Source of the DNA: Octopus vulgaris
Lineage: Eukaryota
Reading direction: 5' to 3'
NCBI GenBank assembly: GCA_951406725.2
Contig: OX597818.1
Span: 109,058,001-109,122,000, forward strand
Length of the DNA: 64,000 bases
Shown here: piece after piece, positions 1 through 14,147 of the stretch
Layout of the letters: every line of letters starts with the position of its first letter
Position numbering within the stretch: the stretch's first letter is position 1
Notes under the pieces: generated by a model
Told to the model about the DNA's origin: nothing
Databases searched by the model: none
The model's input: only the letters and a program-made list of their open reading frames with translations
Program-made: the position numbers and the translations under genes

Positions 1-711
1 GCGAGGGGGAGGGAGAGAGAAAGGGAAGGAGATTGAGACTGTATGGCCCCAAATTTTGAATCAATAAAAAGTAGCAAATACACAAAAAAGAATATTCAAG
101 TGGGACATGATAAATGTAATGTGATATGGTATTTGTATTGGTGATATATTTGAGCAGTCAATTATAGATATAGATGATATATTTGACTACATAATGATTA
201 CAGCAATAAATCAACCAGTTGAACATTGTGTCAGAATCTCACATCTATACATTCAGGTTCCACTTGTGCTCCACTCCAAATATTTATTTTTATATTTTGT
301 TTGTCCTCATCAAAACATTAGTATGAACACTGTTAATTCCTAGAGAAATACTGTATTTAGACCATAACCCCAAAATAATAATCAAGCACCAAACACTTAT
401 CGGAAGGTTACAATGAGAACTAGGTATATTTTTGTTTTTACACATTAACTCAAGACCCTCATTCTATTCTTGTTTTCCTCAATCTGTTCCTCCCTGCTTT
501 CAACATGGATCTCAGCACTTTCAAATATCCCCCTCTCTAGACACCTATCTTACCCCTTCATTTCTAACAGTACTCTCATAACACACCCCAAGATAGATTG
601 TAATGACCAACCACTTTGACTGCCCCACCACCACCACCACCAATACCAATATTATCTATTGTAACACCTGTAAACTCTACAAGTTTTTATACTTAGGTGA
701 GACAAGCCATC

Positions 712-954
712 AACAAGGTCTCAACCAGAGTTCACATTACCCCCCTGGGGGTCCATATAAGATTTAGCTGTTAAATTTAGTTCAACAAATTGGTTATAAT
801 TCTACAACACTCAAAACAATTTCGCAATTTTTCACATAATTCCCAATCAGTTCTTTTTAAACAATTCCTAATAAGTTCTTTTTAAACAAGGCTCCAGGAG
901 AGTAAAATAAGGATCAAAGGGGTCCATAGGCAAAAAAATGGTTGAGAACCACTG
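712..954. mobile_element. hAT-like MITE, degenerate left end
   Basis: Right end GGTTGAGAACCACTG (rc CAGTGGTTCTCAACC, a typical hAT TIR); left end ..GGTCTCAACC; subterminal GGGGTCCAT motif near both ends. Confidence 0.55.
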
Positions 955-2465
955 ATCTAGGCACTCAAAGAAGCAATCACCTTTATGACATTCACAACAG
1001 CTAAGTACACTCCCAAATCATAGCTTGACAATTCAGAAAGCCACTTCTTCAATTATCCCTTCGTATGAGGGGAAAACCCCTATTTTTACTCAAGGTACTT
1101 CGTAGCCCACTAGTATTAATGAACACCTCTTGCTCTTCTAGTTCCCCTTTCCTTCTTCAACCTGTTTGTAGTTTGGCAATTCTTGCTCTCAGTTTCATGG
1201 TAACCAATAATGTGCAAACAATACTACCTGATAGAAATAATAAAATGCTCCCAGTAGACTTGAACAGCTTTATTTATAAACAGCAGGTCTATAATTTAAC
1301 CACTTGACCATCATACATCAACTATCTATGCCTATTGCAAAATAGTATGCATCTATGTATGAGACAGTAAATATATACACCAAAACTGATGAAGCATTAT
1401 ATAGAAGTAAGAGAGAAAGAGGAGAGAAGCAAAGAGATAAAGCAAAGAATGGCTATTAATAGGAAATAGTGTGAGTGAGCAATCAGGATTTGTATTGATA
1501 ATAGATAATAGGTAGAGTGAAGCAGGTATTTTATAACTGAAGGATGCTGTGAAAAATTATGAAATATTCATATCCGACCTTCTGCATATGTAAAAATGCA
1601 GTGACTGAATGCAAGTACTTTATGAAATTAATAAGACCAGAGAAAAGAATATTGCTTGGTGTGTATGTGTATGCATACGCACATATTGAGGCATACGCAC
1701 ATGACACATACAGGCACACTTCCGCTTCCTTTGTGTTTTGGTATTTCTAAGAAAGTATTCAAAACAGTTGAATTTAGTGCAGATATTAAACATTTACAAC
1801 AGTAATAGCATTGATACTAATAGGGTGCGTTTTTCTGTTTCCAAAACACACTGGTCACCATATTCTTTCGCTTTGCAACACGATAACAATTATACAAATA
1901 TGCAATTTGAGAAATTTAAGCAATTATGCTACCAATCGCCTGAGGTTCGATATTGTTTGTCCTTCTATAATAACTCTATAGACCTAGTCTTGCTTCATTT
2001 CTAGGTTTTAGTGTTAGCTAAACATGTATAGTTTTTGAGAATGGACATGATTCATGTGACACACACACACACTTTAAAACTGCATTTCATCTAATGAATG
2101 GAGTTCATATTATCAACTGCAGCTTGCAATCACAGCATAAGCACTGGTAGGTAATATACAGGATGACATTTCTCTTCTTATGATCAGAAACAGCTTCAAT
2201 AATTGCCAAGAAACTACCAGAGGTTGCGGCAATAAGCAAATTAGAATTTGAAAGAAAGTATAAAACTGTCTTCTAGGAGGTGTGTATGAAAAATTATATA
2301 ATGAAACTTCTTTGTTGCAACCAACTTCAATGGCTTAAATTAGTACTTCAGAGCTGCTATAATCCGATATGAATATGCCAGTGTTATGTTGCACAACAAT
2401 TCACCATAAACAAAATTCAAGGGAAATTACACAAATACATTATATACAATATCAACTCAATATCA

Positions 2466-2680
2466 AAGCAGTGACCTGGCAGAATCGTTAACACACTGGG
2501 TGAAAGGTTTAGCGATATTTCACATTCTGTTACATTCTGAGTTCAAATTCCGCCAGGTTGACTTTGCCTTTCATCCTTTCGGGGTCGATTGAATAAGTAC
2601 CAGTTATGTACTGGGGTCGATATAATCAACTTAATCTCTTTGTTTGTCCTTGTTTGTCCCCTTGTGGACAATAAAGACAT
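2466..2680 (+). mobile_element. tRNA-derived SINE family A (Meta-domain-like body)
   Basis: CTGGCAGAATCGTTA head, B-box-like GAGTTCAAATTCC, body GACTTTGCCTTTCATCCTTTCGGGGTCGAT..AAGTACCAG; many copies in this window. Confidence 0.8.
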
Positions 2681-3203
2681 AAATATCAATGCAAACATTG
2701 CTCTCAAATTTGTCAGAGTTATCAATGTTTTTTAAAAAATTTACAAGGAAATTCAGAAAGAGTAAACACTTCACATAAACAAAATGTAAATAATACATTC
2801 AACAATACTTGATATTGCTACTTTTTTTAGCTAAAGTCCTGAAGAATTTTTACCCAGAGTGGACAATAAGATGACTGAAATATGACAAACTGTCAGTTAC
2901 TTAGATATAGTATGAGAATGAATGGCTGTATAATAACAGCAGATGACCCCTCCACCTCCCTAAAAACACAAAAATAGAAAATTGTGAAACAGTATATTAC
3001 ATCTGATTTAAGAATATTAAAAGCCTCATTGAAGGGGGTAGGGATTGAAATTAAGATAGAAATGGTCTGTTTGTCTACCATAATTTCAAGAGGAAAAAAA
3101 AAAAAAAAGACATTGATGACAAGAACATTAATAGATGCTAAGACAGTAGCAGCACTGGTAAAATACAGACAATGGATTTTATGCACTGCATGCACATGCA
3201 CAA

Positions 3204-3239
<36 letters not shown>

Positions 3240-3981
3240 ACTACTTGTCCATTATGCATTATGCATATTTTGTTTACCATTGTGATGGAGCAATTTACTC
3301 TCGGGGAAGGAAAAAAAAATGGATCTGTAACTTGATTTCATTTCTAAGCCACAACTATTTCATTCATGTCACCGAATGCTCTGCTATAAATATTGAATGT
3401 GACATTGTACCATTTACCACCCAGGAAATTTAAGGCTTTTTGCTCTTCTATGAGAGACTATATATAAATTCTTCAATGAGAAAACACATTTGGCTGCACA
3501 CAAAGTCTCCACAAAATGTGATCATAAAAATAACACTGGAAACTGGTGATAAAAATAATATAAACAAAATATTTGGTGGCTGAAGAAAAATACTGAAGAC
3601 AGAAACTACTAGAGATTAGAAAGATTGGGTGGTCATAACAGACTGATGGCATTATTCACAACCAAATACCCATAAACGCACTCATGAAGTAGTAAAAGAG
3701 AAGTTAACAAACAAGAGAATCATCACAAATGCTTTGTCGATGTGAATAAGACAGAGATAAGATAGGCTAACAAGAGAGACTCTATAGGACAGAGTGACCT
3801 GATGGAAATCACATTTAACCATTAATCCTGCTTCTGTCTAACTTCAAAACAATGTACTTATCAACAACAAAAATTCTGTCCAGGATGAGCAGCAAAAAAC
3901 AAAAAGTAATAAAATCTAGTGACATATTCTAAACTTGATTGTATCTGCAGATTTTAAACAGATTAGAATTATTAAAAACTA

Positions 3982-4376
3982 CTAGCAGTATGAACCCAAT
4001 ATTGCTCGGGTTTTGGTTCGACCCTTTAGAATTGGAATTTTTGAAAAGTAAAAATTTTGCATTATGTAGCTTGTTATTCTCTTTAAGTGAACATTTTTCT
4101 GGTTGAAATACACCGAAAAATGGCAATACAGCTGTAAAAAAAATCGTAAAAAATAGGGATTTTCATAGAAAAAAAGCACCTTTTTGATGTAAATAATTTT
4201 TGGTGTTAACATGGTCCAATTTGAATTTTTTCTTCTACGGAAGGAAGAGCAAGCCTTCTTCTATCATACTCTCAATTTTGGTCAACTTGCACCGCAGGGT
4301 CTCAGAGGAGATAGTGTTAGTTGAAGGCTACCAAACCTGCCATACACAGACAACTTCAGCTTTATATAGAGAGAGA
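3982..4376 (-). mobile_element. Non-autonomous Helitron-like element
   Basis: On the minus strand it starts A|TCTCTCTCTATATAAAG and ends with an imperfect GC hairpin (ACCCGAGCAATATTGGGT) shortly before CTAG|T; inserted in an A|T site, no TSD. Confidence 0.7.
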
Positions 4377-4409
4377 TAAAGAAAAGAAAACTTATACATG
4401 TGAAGAGGA

Positions 4410-4990
4410 TGGATGGAGTAGGCATTTGTTAGTCTGATGAGACAATGGGATCTATGCCAGGGAGGACATGTTTCAGTCTTGTTGGTAGAGCAGCAGCATC
4501 TGCTGGTACTAAAGAAACCTATGTGTGAGCAAACAGTCCAAGAGGCAATGGCTACATTTGAAGGCACTGTCTGTCAGTCATTCACTGCTGCTGTTTATCC
4601 AAACCTTTTACTTTTCTTCATCAGCAAACTTCAGCTTCTACTCATGTCATTTAAACTTTTGTCTAGTTCCAGTCTTCAGCAACAGTAAAGAGACTTCACG
4701 TCTCTGTTGTAGACATCTTTGAAACAAAAATGGAGTTGTTTTGAGTTCTTTTGCCAAAGACCAGTGCTTCATGCAGTATGTCAGTCAGGTTCCACCTATT
4801 TCACATGAAAAGATGACTTAGCCAGCAGTGGATGAGGAGGCTTTGAATTTGTGTGTGAGCTAGGGACCATTGGTGATTCAATCATATCACTCGATGTCCA
4901 GAATCCATGTTATGAATACATGCTTTTCCCGGTTCTCCTGAGTGTGTACAACCATTCCATAAATTCAACTAACCCCTCTAGCATTGAGAA
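4410..4990 (-). mobile_element. Decayed RTE/BovB-type LINE 3' fragment
   Basis: Minus-strand translation gives FKDVYNRDVKS and a terminal zinc-finger remnant (CSHIGFFS); 3' end CCATTGTCTC..AGAC..ATGCC; frameshifts and stops. Confidence 0.65.
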
Positions 4991-6105
4991 TGCCTTAGGT
5001 AACAGCTTTTAAGTAATAATTATAAGTAACAGTGTAATATCAACCACAGAAATACAGTCTATCAGCCAGTGTCAGTGAACCACTAAAACACCTCCCTCAA
5101 CCATGGCACAAGGCTGCAACCAGCAAAAGAATAAAAGCAAGAGGACAACTTATACCATTAGGTGTCCACAGACAACCTTGTTGTTGATGTTACTTCAAAA
5201 ATAGAACATCTTGCCTATCACAAAATTTTGCCCATATCATCATTGATATTGTTGCTGATAATAGTTTTTTTTTATTAACATTTTAATAATATTTCCCCAC
5301 TACCAGCTCCACCATTACTGTGTCACATAGACAATTTCTCTATTTCACACACACAGAGTCCCTCTTCTCTGCTAATGTACATTTGATATAGGTTGCACTG
5401 ATACTTCTCAAAGATTAATGTAATTAACAATCAAAGAGAGATCGCATAGGTTGGTAGTAGTTATTTAATACATAATTTAAACTGGTCATGATGAAATAAA
5501 TTGAAGAGGAAAATTCAGTAGTCTGATTAAAAAACAAAAAGAAAGAAAAAATAAAAATGTAACCAAAACATATCTTTTTGTTTGTAAGTTTGGTTCTAAA
5601 GAGAGAAAGAAAAAATGTAAAAACTTTCTCAATATTTTACAAATTAAATTAACCTAAAACTTTATGGTAATTTAATAGCCTAAGCCAATATCAATGTTTA
5701 TAGATTATAATCTAAGTACATTTTATTTGCAATCATACTTTTTTAATCTTTCCTTAAAAATTGAATATGTTTTTTTCCCCTTATATAATTTCACACCATG
5801 AATAATGAATAAAAAAAAAAAAAGATGCTGGTCATATTAAACTGTCAACATCATTACATACAGATTGGCATCATTTCTTGATGCTGCTATAGAATGGTTG
5901 CGCCAACTTTAGAGACTCGTTTTATACTATTGTTCAAGCTCGAATTTTTATTGCTTTAATGTTAAACAATAGTGTGTGTGTGTGCGCATGTGTACGCATA
6001 TTTGCACATTTACTTCTTCTATCTAATGGTTTCCATTGCAACAGAGAAATAGCTGTTCTGTACACAAACTCATATGTATATTCTGAATCCATGTTGACAA
6101 GCATG

Positions 6106-6149
<44 letters not shown>

Positions 6150-6519
6150 TGTATGCACTGGTATATAGAAGTTAGAAGGTCAATATTGAGTCAAAACAAT
6201 AAAAGAAACACTTAATACTTAGCTACAGAAGACATCAAATATATGAATGAACATATTTGTTTGTGTGCATAAGTGTACTTATTTACCTCTTTCTGTCTAT
6301 GTATGTACGTATATCTATGTGTGTGTGTGTATATCAAAGGGATGTGTTATAATACTATTCCACATATATAAAAACAGCCACATGAACCATCGATCATACC
6401 TCCATCATCAGCTGCCCCATGGATATCATTATGGCTTCGACACCTAGGCAGTACCATTCAATCCAGCATATATATATATATGTGTGTATATAAATATATA
6501 TATTGGATCTGCAAAAACT

Positions 6520-7303
6520 GGAGGGGAATGAAGCTAGTCTGCTCCCATGGACATGCAGCATCAGTGTACAAGTACAATAAAGTACAAGTGTACTGAGAGA
6601 AAAGTCGACGCATAAGTGGAATCAAATGTAGCAGAAGACTACAATGGTTTGGACATGTGACGTATATGAATTAAGACAGTTGTATAAAGAAGTGCTGATC
6701 GCTTAAAGTGGATGGCACCTGTGGAAATGAGAGACCCAGGAGACATGGGACAAATTATTGAAGGCTGATCTGAAGAAGCTGAGCCTTACAGGGATGGCAA
6801 AGGATTCAGATGACTGGCATTTTACTGCATTCAAGACCAGCTCAATATAGCAGAAATGATGTACTAAAACCACTTGGTTATGCTTTTATGTTTGAGATCC
6901 TGTCCCACTTCTCTCTCTCTCTCTCTCTAACATGTCAAGCATCAACCCCCACTCCATCTATGGTACTTCTCAGCTGCTGTACATACCTGAGAGCAGAACT
7001 GGCACATATTACATCTCATCTCACCCTTAATGGTCTATCATCCCTCCACCCGAAATTATTCCATTTCTCATCATCCCTGCCCACACTATTTCAACAATCA
7101 CTCCTTTCTGCATCTTGAGCCACTACTCCTTCTCCCCTTTGCTATACTCCATCCTAAACACCCTCCTTTACCTGCTATTGTTCTAAATGCCAACCTCTAC
7201 AGTAGCCCCAAATGTATCCTATATGACCTCCCTGCCCAATCCTCAATTACTCTATTTACATTCACCTTCTTGTACCCTGAGGGTATATCTTGGCATAACA
7301 GCC

Positions 7304-7351
<48 letters not shown>

Positions 7352-7660
7352 GACTGGGATAACCATGTATCTCCTCAACAGCGAGGCACCTGTTTCTGAA
7401 TCCTCTATCGTAGTCTAAGCTTTCATCACCTGATACAATGCCCCCTCCCTGAATACCATTACCTTTTCAGTTTGAGAAGGTCTTTGTCTTGCAAGTTACT
7501 TGCTGACTTCCCCGGCATTGGTGCCACATAAAAGGCACCCAGTGCACTCTGTAAGGTGGCTAGCATCTGGAAAGGCATTCAGCTGTAGAAACCATGTCAA
7601 AGCAGACAGTAGAGCTTAGCGCAGTTTTCTGGCCTGCCAGCTCCTATCAAACTGCCCACA
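6520..7660 (+). mobile_element. Decayed RTE LINE: RT C-terminal region and 3' UTR
   Basis: NEASLLPWTCSISV...RRLQWFGHV...DSCIKKC..LKVDGTCG motifs; UTR matches the GAAGGGCATCCAGCTGTAGAAAC tail family. Confidence 0.7.
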
Positions 7661-7727
7661 GCAGGGATTAAACGGAAGGTTAGGTAGCAACCTGATAATG
7701 TAACCCTGTGCTCTACCTCTCTCTCTC

Positions 7728-7760
<33 letters not shown>

Positions 7761-7805
7761 ACATTTGTATATATATGTATGTATATTTGTGTATGTGTGT
7801 GTATG

Positions 7806-8116
7806 TTCACACGTAAAAATCACCATCCGAATCGTGGCCGATGCCAGTGCCGCCTCGACTGGCTTCCGTGCCGGTGGCACGTAAAATGCACCAATCCGAC
7901 CATGGCCGATGCCAGCCTCGCCTGGCACCTGTGCAGGTGACACGTAAAAAGCACCCACTACACTCACGGAGTGGTTGGCGTTTGGAAGGGCATCCAGCTG
8001 TAGAAACATTGCCAGATAAGACTGGAGCCTGGTGCAGCCTTCTGGCTTCCCAGATGCCCGGTCGAACCGTCCAACCCATGCTAGCATGGAGAACGGACGT
8101 TAAATGATGTTGATGA
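7806..8116 (+). mobile_element. RTE-family 3' tail
   Basis: GGCACGTAAAA internal repeats, GAAGGGCATCCAGCTGTAGAAAC, CCAACCCATGCTAGCATGGAGAACGGACGTTAAA, then a (TGA)n tail. Confidence 0.8.
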
Positions 8117-8759
8117 TATATGAGAGAGAGAGAGAGAGAGAGATGTATACATATGCCTGTAAAATATGTGAGCTAGCATGATCTCCCCCACCTCCCTTCC
8201 TAAATAAAAATATATATTTTAAAAAAAACACATCTATCAACAAACGTTTTTATCAAAAGACATGTATCTTACACCACATTAAAACCATCGCCCCAAACAC
8301 ATACCTAAAACATAGAAAATTACTAAAAGAAAGAATTTGGAAAAAATATCTGGTCATTAGATACCTGACCAAAGGTCAACTATTCAAATGGCTTCACAAA
8401 ACACTACTTTAACACACCACCACCTCTCAACTTCACCCCCAATCAAGTAGCTTGTGTTGACCATTCACTACTTTCAGCTATCATTCATCAACAGTCTTTC
8501 ATTCCCACACTGATTAACAAACCCCAACCCCACCCCAAACACACCCAAATCCAATATATTGAATCACAAAACCCCAAATCCTCACATCTGTTTCACAAGG
8601 AATGCCAGAAAGTTCTCCAAAAAAGTTAACAAGTAATTTTTTTTATTTTTAATCTTCACACCCAAGTTAACAAAGAACTTACTAGATCCATGAACTAAAA
8701 TTTATATTATTGAAAAATAAAAAAATAAATTAATTAAACTGATTATAACTACTTTGGAG

Positions 8760-9194
8760 ATACGCTGTGATTGAGAAGACCCGGCAAGTAAAGAGAGATC
8801 ACAGCTGTAGCCTTTACCAGTCTTGCATAACCAGTACATTTAATAAGTACCTTTGAATCATCGGGTGATACGCACGCTTGAGACGACCAATTGAGTCAAG
8901 TAATATCAAAATAAGATCAAAATGAAAATAGAAATTGTTGTTGTGGCTAATGCCAGTGCTGCCTGACTGGCACCCGTGCTGATGGCACATAATAAGCACC
9001 ATTCAAGCATGAGTTGATGCCAGTGCCACCTGAATGGCTCCCATGCCAGTGGCATGTAAAAAGCAACCACTACACTCTTGGAGTGGTTGGTGCTAGGAAG
9101 GGCATCCAGCTGTAGAAACCTTGCCAGTCCCCAGTCAAACCATCCAACCCATGCCAGCATGGAAAACGGATGTTAAACAATGATGATGATGACG

Positions 9195-9200
<6 letters not shown>
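8760..9200 (+). mobile_element. RTE-family 3' tail
   Basis: Same tail motifs, ending in (GAT)n at ~9180-9200. Confidence 0.75.
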
Positions 9201-9254
<54 letters not shown>

Positions 9255-9270
9255 TGTGTGTGTGTGTGTG

Positions 9271-9392
9271 TACAAGGTGGTTCTGAAATGTTCCTGGCAT
9301 TGGGTAAAAGAAAATACAGTAGAATCAGTTAATTATGATTTTATTCAACATATTCCCCTCTCAGATTCACACACTTATTGCAGCGGTCCTGC
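9271..9392. mobile_element. mariner-like terminal fragment
   Basis: TA-CAAGGTGGTTCTGAAATGTTCCTGGC resembles a mariner TIR; only one end is seen. Confidence 0.4.
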
Positions 9393-10546
9393 AATACCAT
9401 CATCTGGCACAAAGACACATCCCTGAATACCACTCCCTTCTCAGTTGAGAAGGTCTTTACTTGCAAGTTATTTGGCCACCTCCCCAGTGCTGATGTCACC
9501 TAAACAGCACCCAGTACTGGGAAAGCATCCAGCTGTAGAAACCATGTCAAAAGTAAACCGTAGAGCCTGATACAGTTTTCTGAATTGCCAGCTCCTGTCA
9601 AACTGCCCAACTCATGCCACCACCACCACCACTGTTACCACTGCTGCCATTACTACCATTATCATTGTAGCTGGATGCCCTTCCAGTTACTCAGCCTTAC
9701 CTAATGTTCAATAAAGGATATATTATACCACATGTCTTTCCAGCCTGCGATGCCACCACTTGTAGCTGAGCAATTTTGGGACAAACACAAATGTAAACAA
9801 ATAATACACAGGCACACACATACATATATCCCTACCCCCACTAACCTATGCCATCATGCTTCCAAATTTGCACATAAATGAATAGACAAACATCACACCA
9901 ACATATACCCACACACCTACCTCCAGATGCACAATCACATACATTTATCTGCACACCCACTCCTTCCCCTCTTCTGGACATCCTCTCAGAGAATACTATT
10001 TCCTCACTGATTTTTAACACCTTAACCTTCCTCCTGGAGCCACCTCCCCCCCCCCCTTACAATATCTTATGTCCAAAACAACGCATTCTTATTTCAACTT
10101 CACAAGTATTAAACTAATGTCATGTTTCTCAAGCTTTGGTCTCTCTCTGATGTTCTTTTCAATGTTTGTTGACTTTATACCGTGTATGTGTGTGTGTGTG
10201 TGTACATGTGCACACATACAAACATGCGATACAGGAATGTCCTTTCTGAAGTTTTTTAAAGAATATCCCGTGCTCAAGTCAGCTGACAGCTATTGGACGT
10301 GAGATTGAGAGTAACAACAAAATAGAAAGTTTACATTTTCAGGGAAGAAATTTCGAATCATAAATAAAGTGTCTAACTCATGTTTGTAGGTGGAATTCCC
10401 AAACTGTGCAACTTTTAAACTAGAAATAACAAATAATAGTCCAATGCAAGCTCAACAAAAATCACACCAACCAAGGTCAATACTATTTAGAATGGAAAAT
10501 ACAGCATTATGGTGGCTGTTGTACTCATAGATTAACGAGACATCTA

Positions 10547-10583
<37 letters not shown>

Positions 10584-11585
10584 TAAGGGTATGAGTACAC
10601 ATGCAGAGTTGTGTGTATATATACAGAGGTGTGTGGCAGTATGCAAATTTTACACCAGCTACAATAACAGGTATATGTATACAATAATTACAGTAAGGCA
10701 TAAGCAATGACAACAGCCACACAAACTATGTTTAAAGTAGACCATAAGCTGTGTATAGTAACCACCTTGAACAAATTATGGGAACAATTATACTCAACCT
10801 ATATAACTGCCTAAGATAAGCCATGGTAACAATCATATGCAAGATATAGTAAGAACCACATACGAGTATACTAACAGCTAAATATGAACTGTGATAACAA
10901 ACATACACAAACCATGGAAGAAACAACACTCCAAATATGGTAGCATTGATACTCAATTTAAAGACAACCTAAAGGAGTAAATCATCATCATCATCATCAT
11001 ACATTATTGGCTCTTGATGAAAAAAAAAAAAGAGACATTTTACCCAACAAAACCTTGTTAAATCAAAAGCAACATCTGTTGAGAAATTAGTTGACATTGC
11101 TTCCATGGTTTTACCATAATGAAACCACTCTGGTTATTTGACCACCACTAATAAAATGATCATTTGGTGGATTACCAGAAAGACAATAAGATTAGAATTT
11201 ACATTCGTGGATATAAATCCTCATTTTAACCGTCAACAAAATTATTATTTTAAAACCTTTTCCCAACTCAGTTTGTGGGAGGTGGGTCTTATATTTCGCT
11301 GTATTCTTCATCACACTTCAGTAAGTTCTTGAACAACTACTACGAGCGATTCTTTATCAAGATCTACATTAGATATATTTAACTCAGCCCTCAGCAATGT
11401 TTTAATTGGAACACATCATCCAGTTTCAGGATTTGTCTAAACCATCTCTATTAATTCTTCTTACTTGCATTTAACTGAAGCTTCTTGCATGCAAGTGCCT
11501 TGTCAGCTTCCCTGCACTCAATGCATCTTTCATGACTATGTATACATTAAAGAAACTTCTAAACTTCCTTGGCTATTATCATTAA

Positions 11586-11984
11586 CATCATCATCATTGT
11601 TTGACCATGGTCAAGACAATGGGATTTACTATGTTACACCAGACTTCACAGTCCATCATAGCATTACGGAGGTCCTGTTGCTGGATGCCTGTATCCCTGG
11701 AGATTACATCAGGGTAGGAGAGTGTGCGCCCTCTGGTATCGCGAGCAGATGGCTTCCAGAAGAGAAGAGTAGAAATTACCTCATTTTCAGCTCTACAACA
11801 ATGTCCAGCAAACTGGACTCTTCTACCTTTCACAAGAGATGATACAGGTGGTAATTTCCCATATATTTGTACTTTGGTTGGATGACGCTTCAACGAGAGA
11901 TTTTGAGCTCTCATAAGGAGGCAAGTGTAAGTTCCATCCAACCGCCTCTCAAGCTTCTTTGATAACGTCCAGGTTTCTGAGCCA
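11586..11984 (-). mobile_element. 5'-truncated RTE-clade LINE (RT C-terminal region, open frame)
   Basis: ORF 11594-11998 GSETWTL...RRVQFAGHC..R...GRTLSYPDVISRD; stop followed by a (TGA)n tail. Confidence 0.85.
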
Positions 11985-12202
11985 TTTAAACCAGCCACAA
12001 CCAGCCCAAATATTCTCCTTGTTTCATCTTCAAACTAGCCAGATCTGGATTCTCACACCTACCCAACAATGTCATTCTAACAATGCAACAAACAGCCACA
12101 TCATCAAAGTCTGAAAGACTACAAGGTAATGCATGGGTAATTCAAAACAATGTGAATAGATAAGCAGTACATTTGACAGATAGTAATCTGAATGCTAAAG
12201 GG
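11983..12202. mobile_element. piggyBac-like MITE, left terminus lost at the LINE junction
   Basis: Right end AATGCTAAAGGG|TTAA; collinear with the sequence flanking the 28-bp array at 35337-38267. Confidence 0.7.
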
Positions 12203-13544
12203 TTAAGTTTCAAGCTGAAGACCAACAAATATGTGGTCAGTCAACTATAATTAAGGTTAGTCTTTCAAGTACTCTGAAACCATTTCAAACATTTAGAAGA
12301 TATTTAATAAACATATCTATTCAAAGGAATAATGCAATAATGATTATCACTTCAAGAAAAAAGCACAATTCAATTGAACATGTATTTAGTCATGACAATC
12401 TCTTGAAACAATGACCTGACGACAACAAGGGCTTTCTGTCAGCCAGTCTTTCTCCATCTTTCTCATTCAAGTGTACACTTTTACAGATGTCTGTGCATGC
12501 ACATGTATAGACATAGGTGTGTACATGCACATACACAGACAAACACACAAACGCACACACACACACACACACATGATATCCTTGCTAGAGTTCTTATAAC
12601 CAGAAGGATTGTGAGAAATGTTATGTTGCTATGGTTGTATTATTATCTTAGTGATGAAAGACAAGCTGCCAGGAAATATTCTTTCCCTTCCTTCAGTAAT
12701 GTTATTCCGAAACGAAAGAAAGGGAAAGAATTCCATTGAAATCCTACAGTAATATGTTTGTGTACTAGACTCATCTCTATTGCAATATCTACACATTTAC
12801 ATAGTTGGGGTCTATGAAAATACAAATATGCTCTTATGCAAGTGATGTGAATGTTCATATAGAAAGGTGTTGCTTTCCTCTGCCTCCTCCCTCATTCTTT
12901 TCTTTCTATCATTATATTCATATAATTCCCCCCCCCCTTTTTTTTCTCTCTCTCTCTCTCCATTTCAACAGAACTGGAAACAACTGAGGGCAACTTTTAC
13001 TTTTGTCTTCTGTACTCAAACTTTTACGACTGCCCTCTGCTCATTAAAGAAGGAGGACAATAGTTTGGCAATGAATTGTTGGAGCAAATTATTTCATAAG
13101 ATAAAGGAATCTACTTAGCCTCTAATCAGCCATGAAATGAGAATGATAACAAGTGTTCAGTGGGATATTTACTGATCAAAGATGTAGGCTATGCCTTATT
13201 TCGAGGCACAATATTACATCTGAGGAAAAATTTCACAACAATAACATCTAAGCTACAGTCACACACATTTATATGGAGAGATATTGCTGCTACTTTGAAA
13301 AATGATACTAAAATGCATTGTATCATCATATATCGCCTTTCAAATTCTTTCTTTTATATAAGACGACTAATTCTTGTAAAAATGGTCCTAGGCACACATA
13401 TATAGACAAACATACATGCATGCATTTGCATTTAAAAACAGAGACAAGGCTATGGACATACATGGAAAATTTCAAGAATACAAACACATATCCACAGCAA
13501 TGCATAAGACACACAGACAAGAACATTAAATATCATGGACCCTG

Positions 13545-13741
13545 TACGTGTGTGGAGAAAGCACCCAGTACAGTCTGCAAAGTAGTTGGCATTAGGAAGG
13601 GCATCTAGCCATAGAAACTTGCCAAAATAGACAACTGGAGCATGGTGCAGTCTCCTGACTTGCCAGTCCTCAGTCATACTGTCCAACCCATGCCAGCATG
13701 GAAAGCAGACATTAAATGATGATGATGCTGATGATGATGAT
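13545..13741 (+). mobile_element. RTE-family 3' tail
   Basis: AAAGCACCCAGTACA..GGAAGGGCATCTAGCC..CCAACCCATGCCAGCATGGAAAG..(GAT)n. Confidence 0.75.
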
Positions 13742-14147
13742 TTACTGATCGTTTTTGTGAATATATCAAATGAAGATGGGATCATATTTGACTTGCTAAA
13801 CAGAAATGGAAGGATCCTAACTCTGTTAGGATTCCTAAGTTGCTGAAAATTTCTTCTGAAATGCACAAGCAGGTTGTGAAGGTTAATGTTTGGTAAACCA
13901 GGCAGATGTTTATGTCTGATTTGGGATTAGGTTTGTTTGATAGTTAAAGTTTTTTTTTTATTCTTTGACTTATTTCACTTATAGGACAGTGACCATGCTG
14001 GGCCACCACTTTGGTGAGTTTAGTCAAATGAACCTACCCCAGTGCTTTTATTAACTGTATCATTCATATCTACTAAGTTACAGAGACATTAAAAAACTAA
14101 TACTGGTTATCAAGCAGTATGGGGGTCAAACATAAAGATGCATCTTC

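Noticed and set aside
11190-11530. Possible pogo-like terminus or transposase remnant
   Set aside because: Only weak motif resemblance; no second end or interpretable translation.
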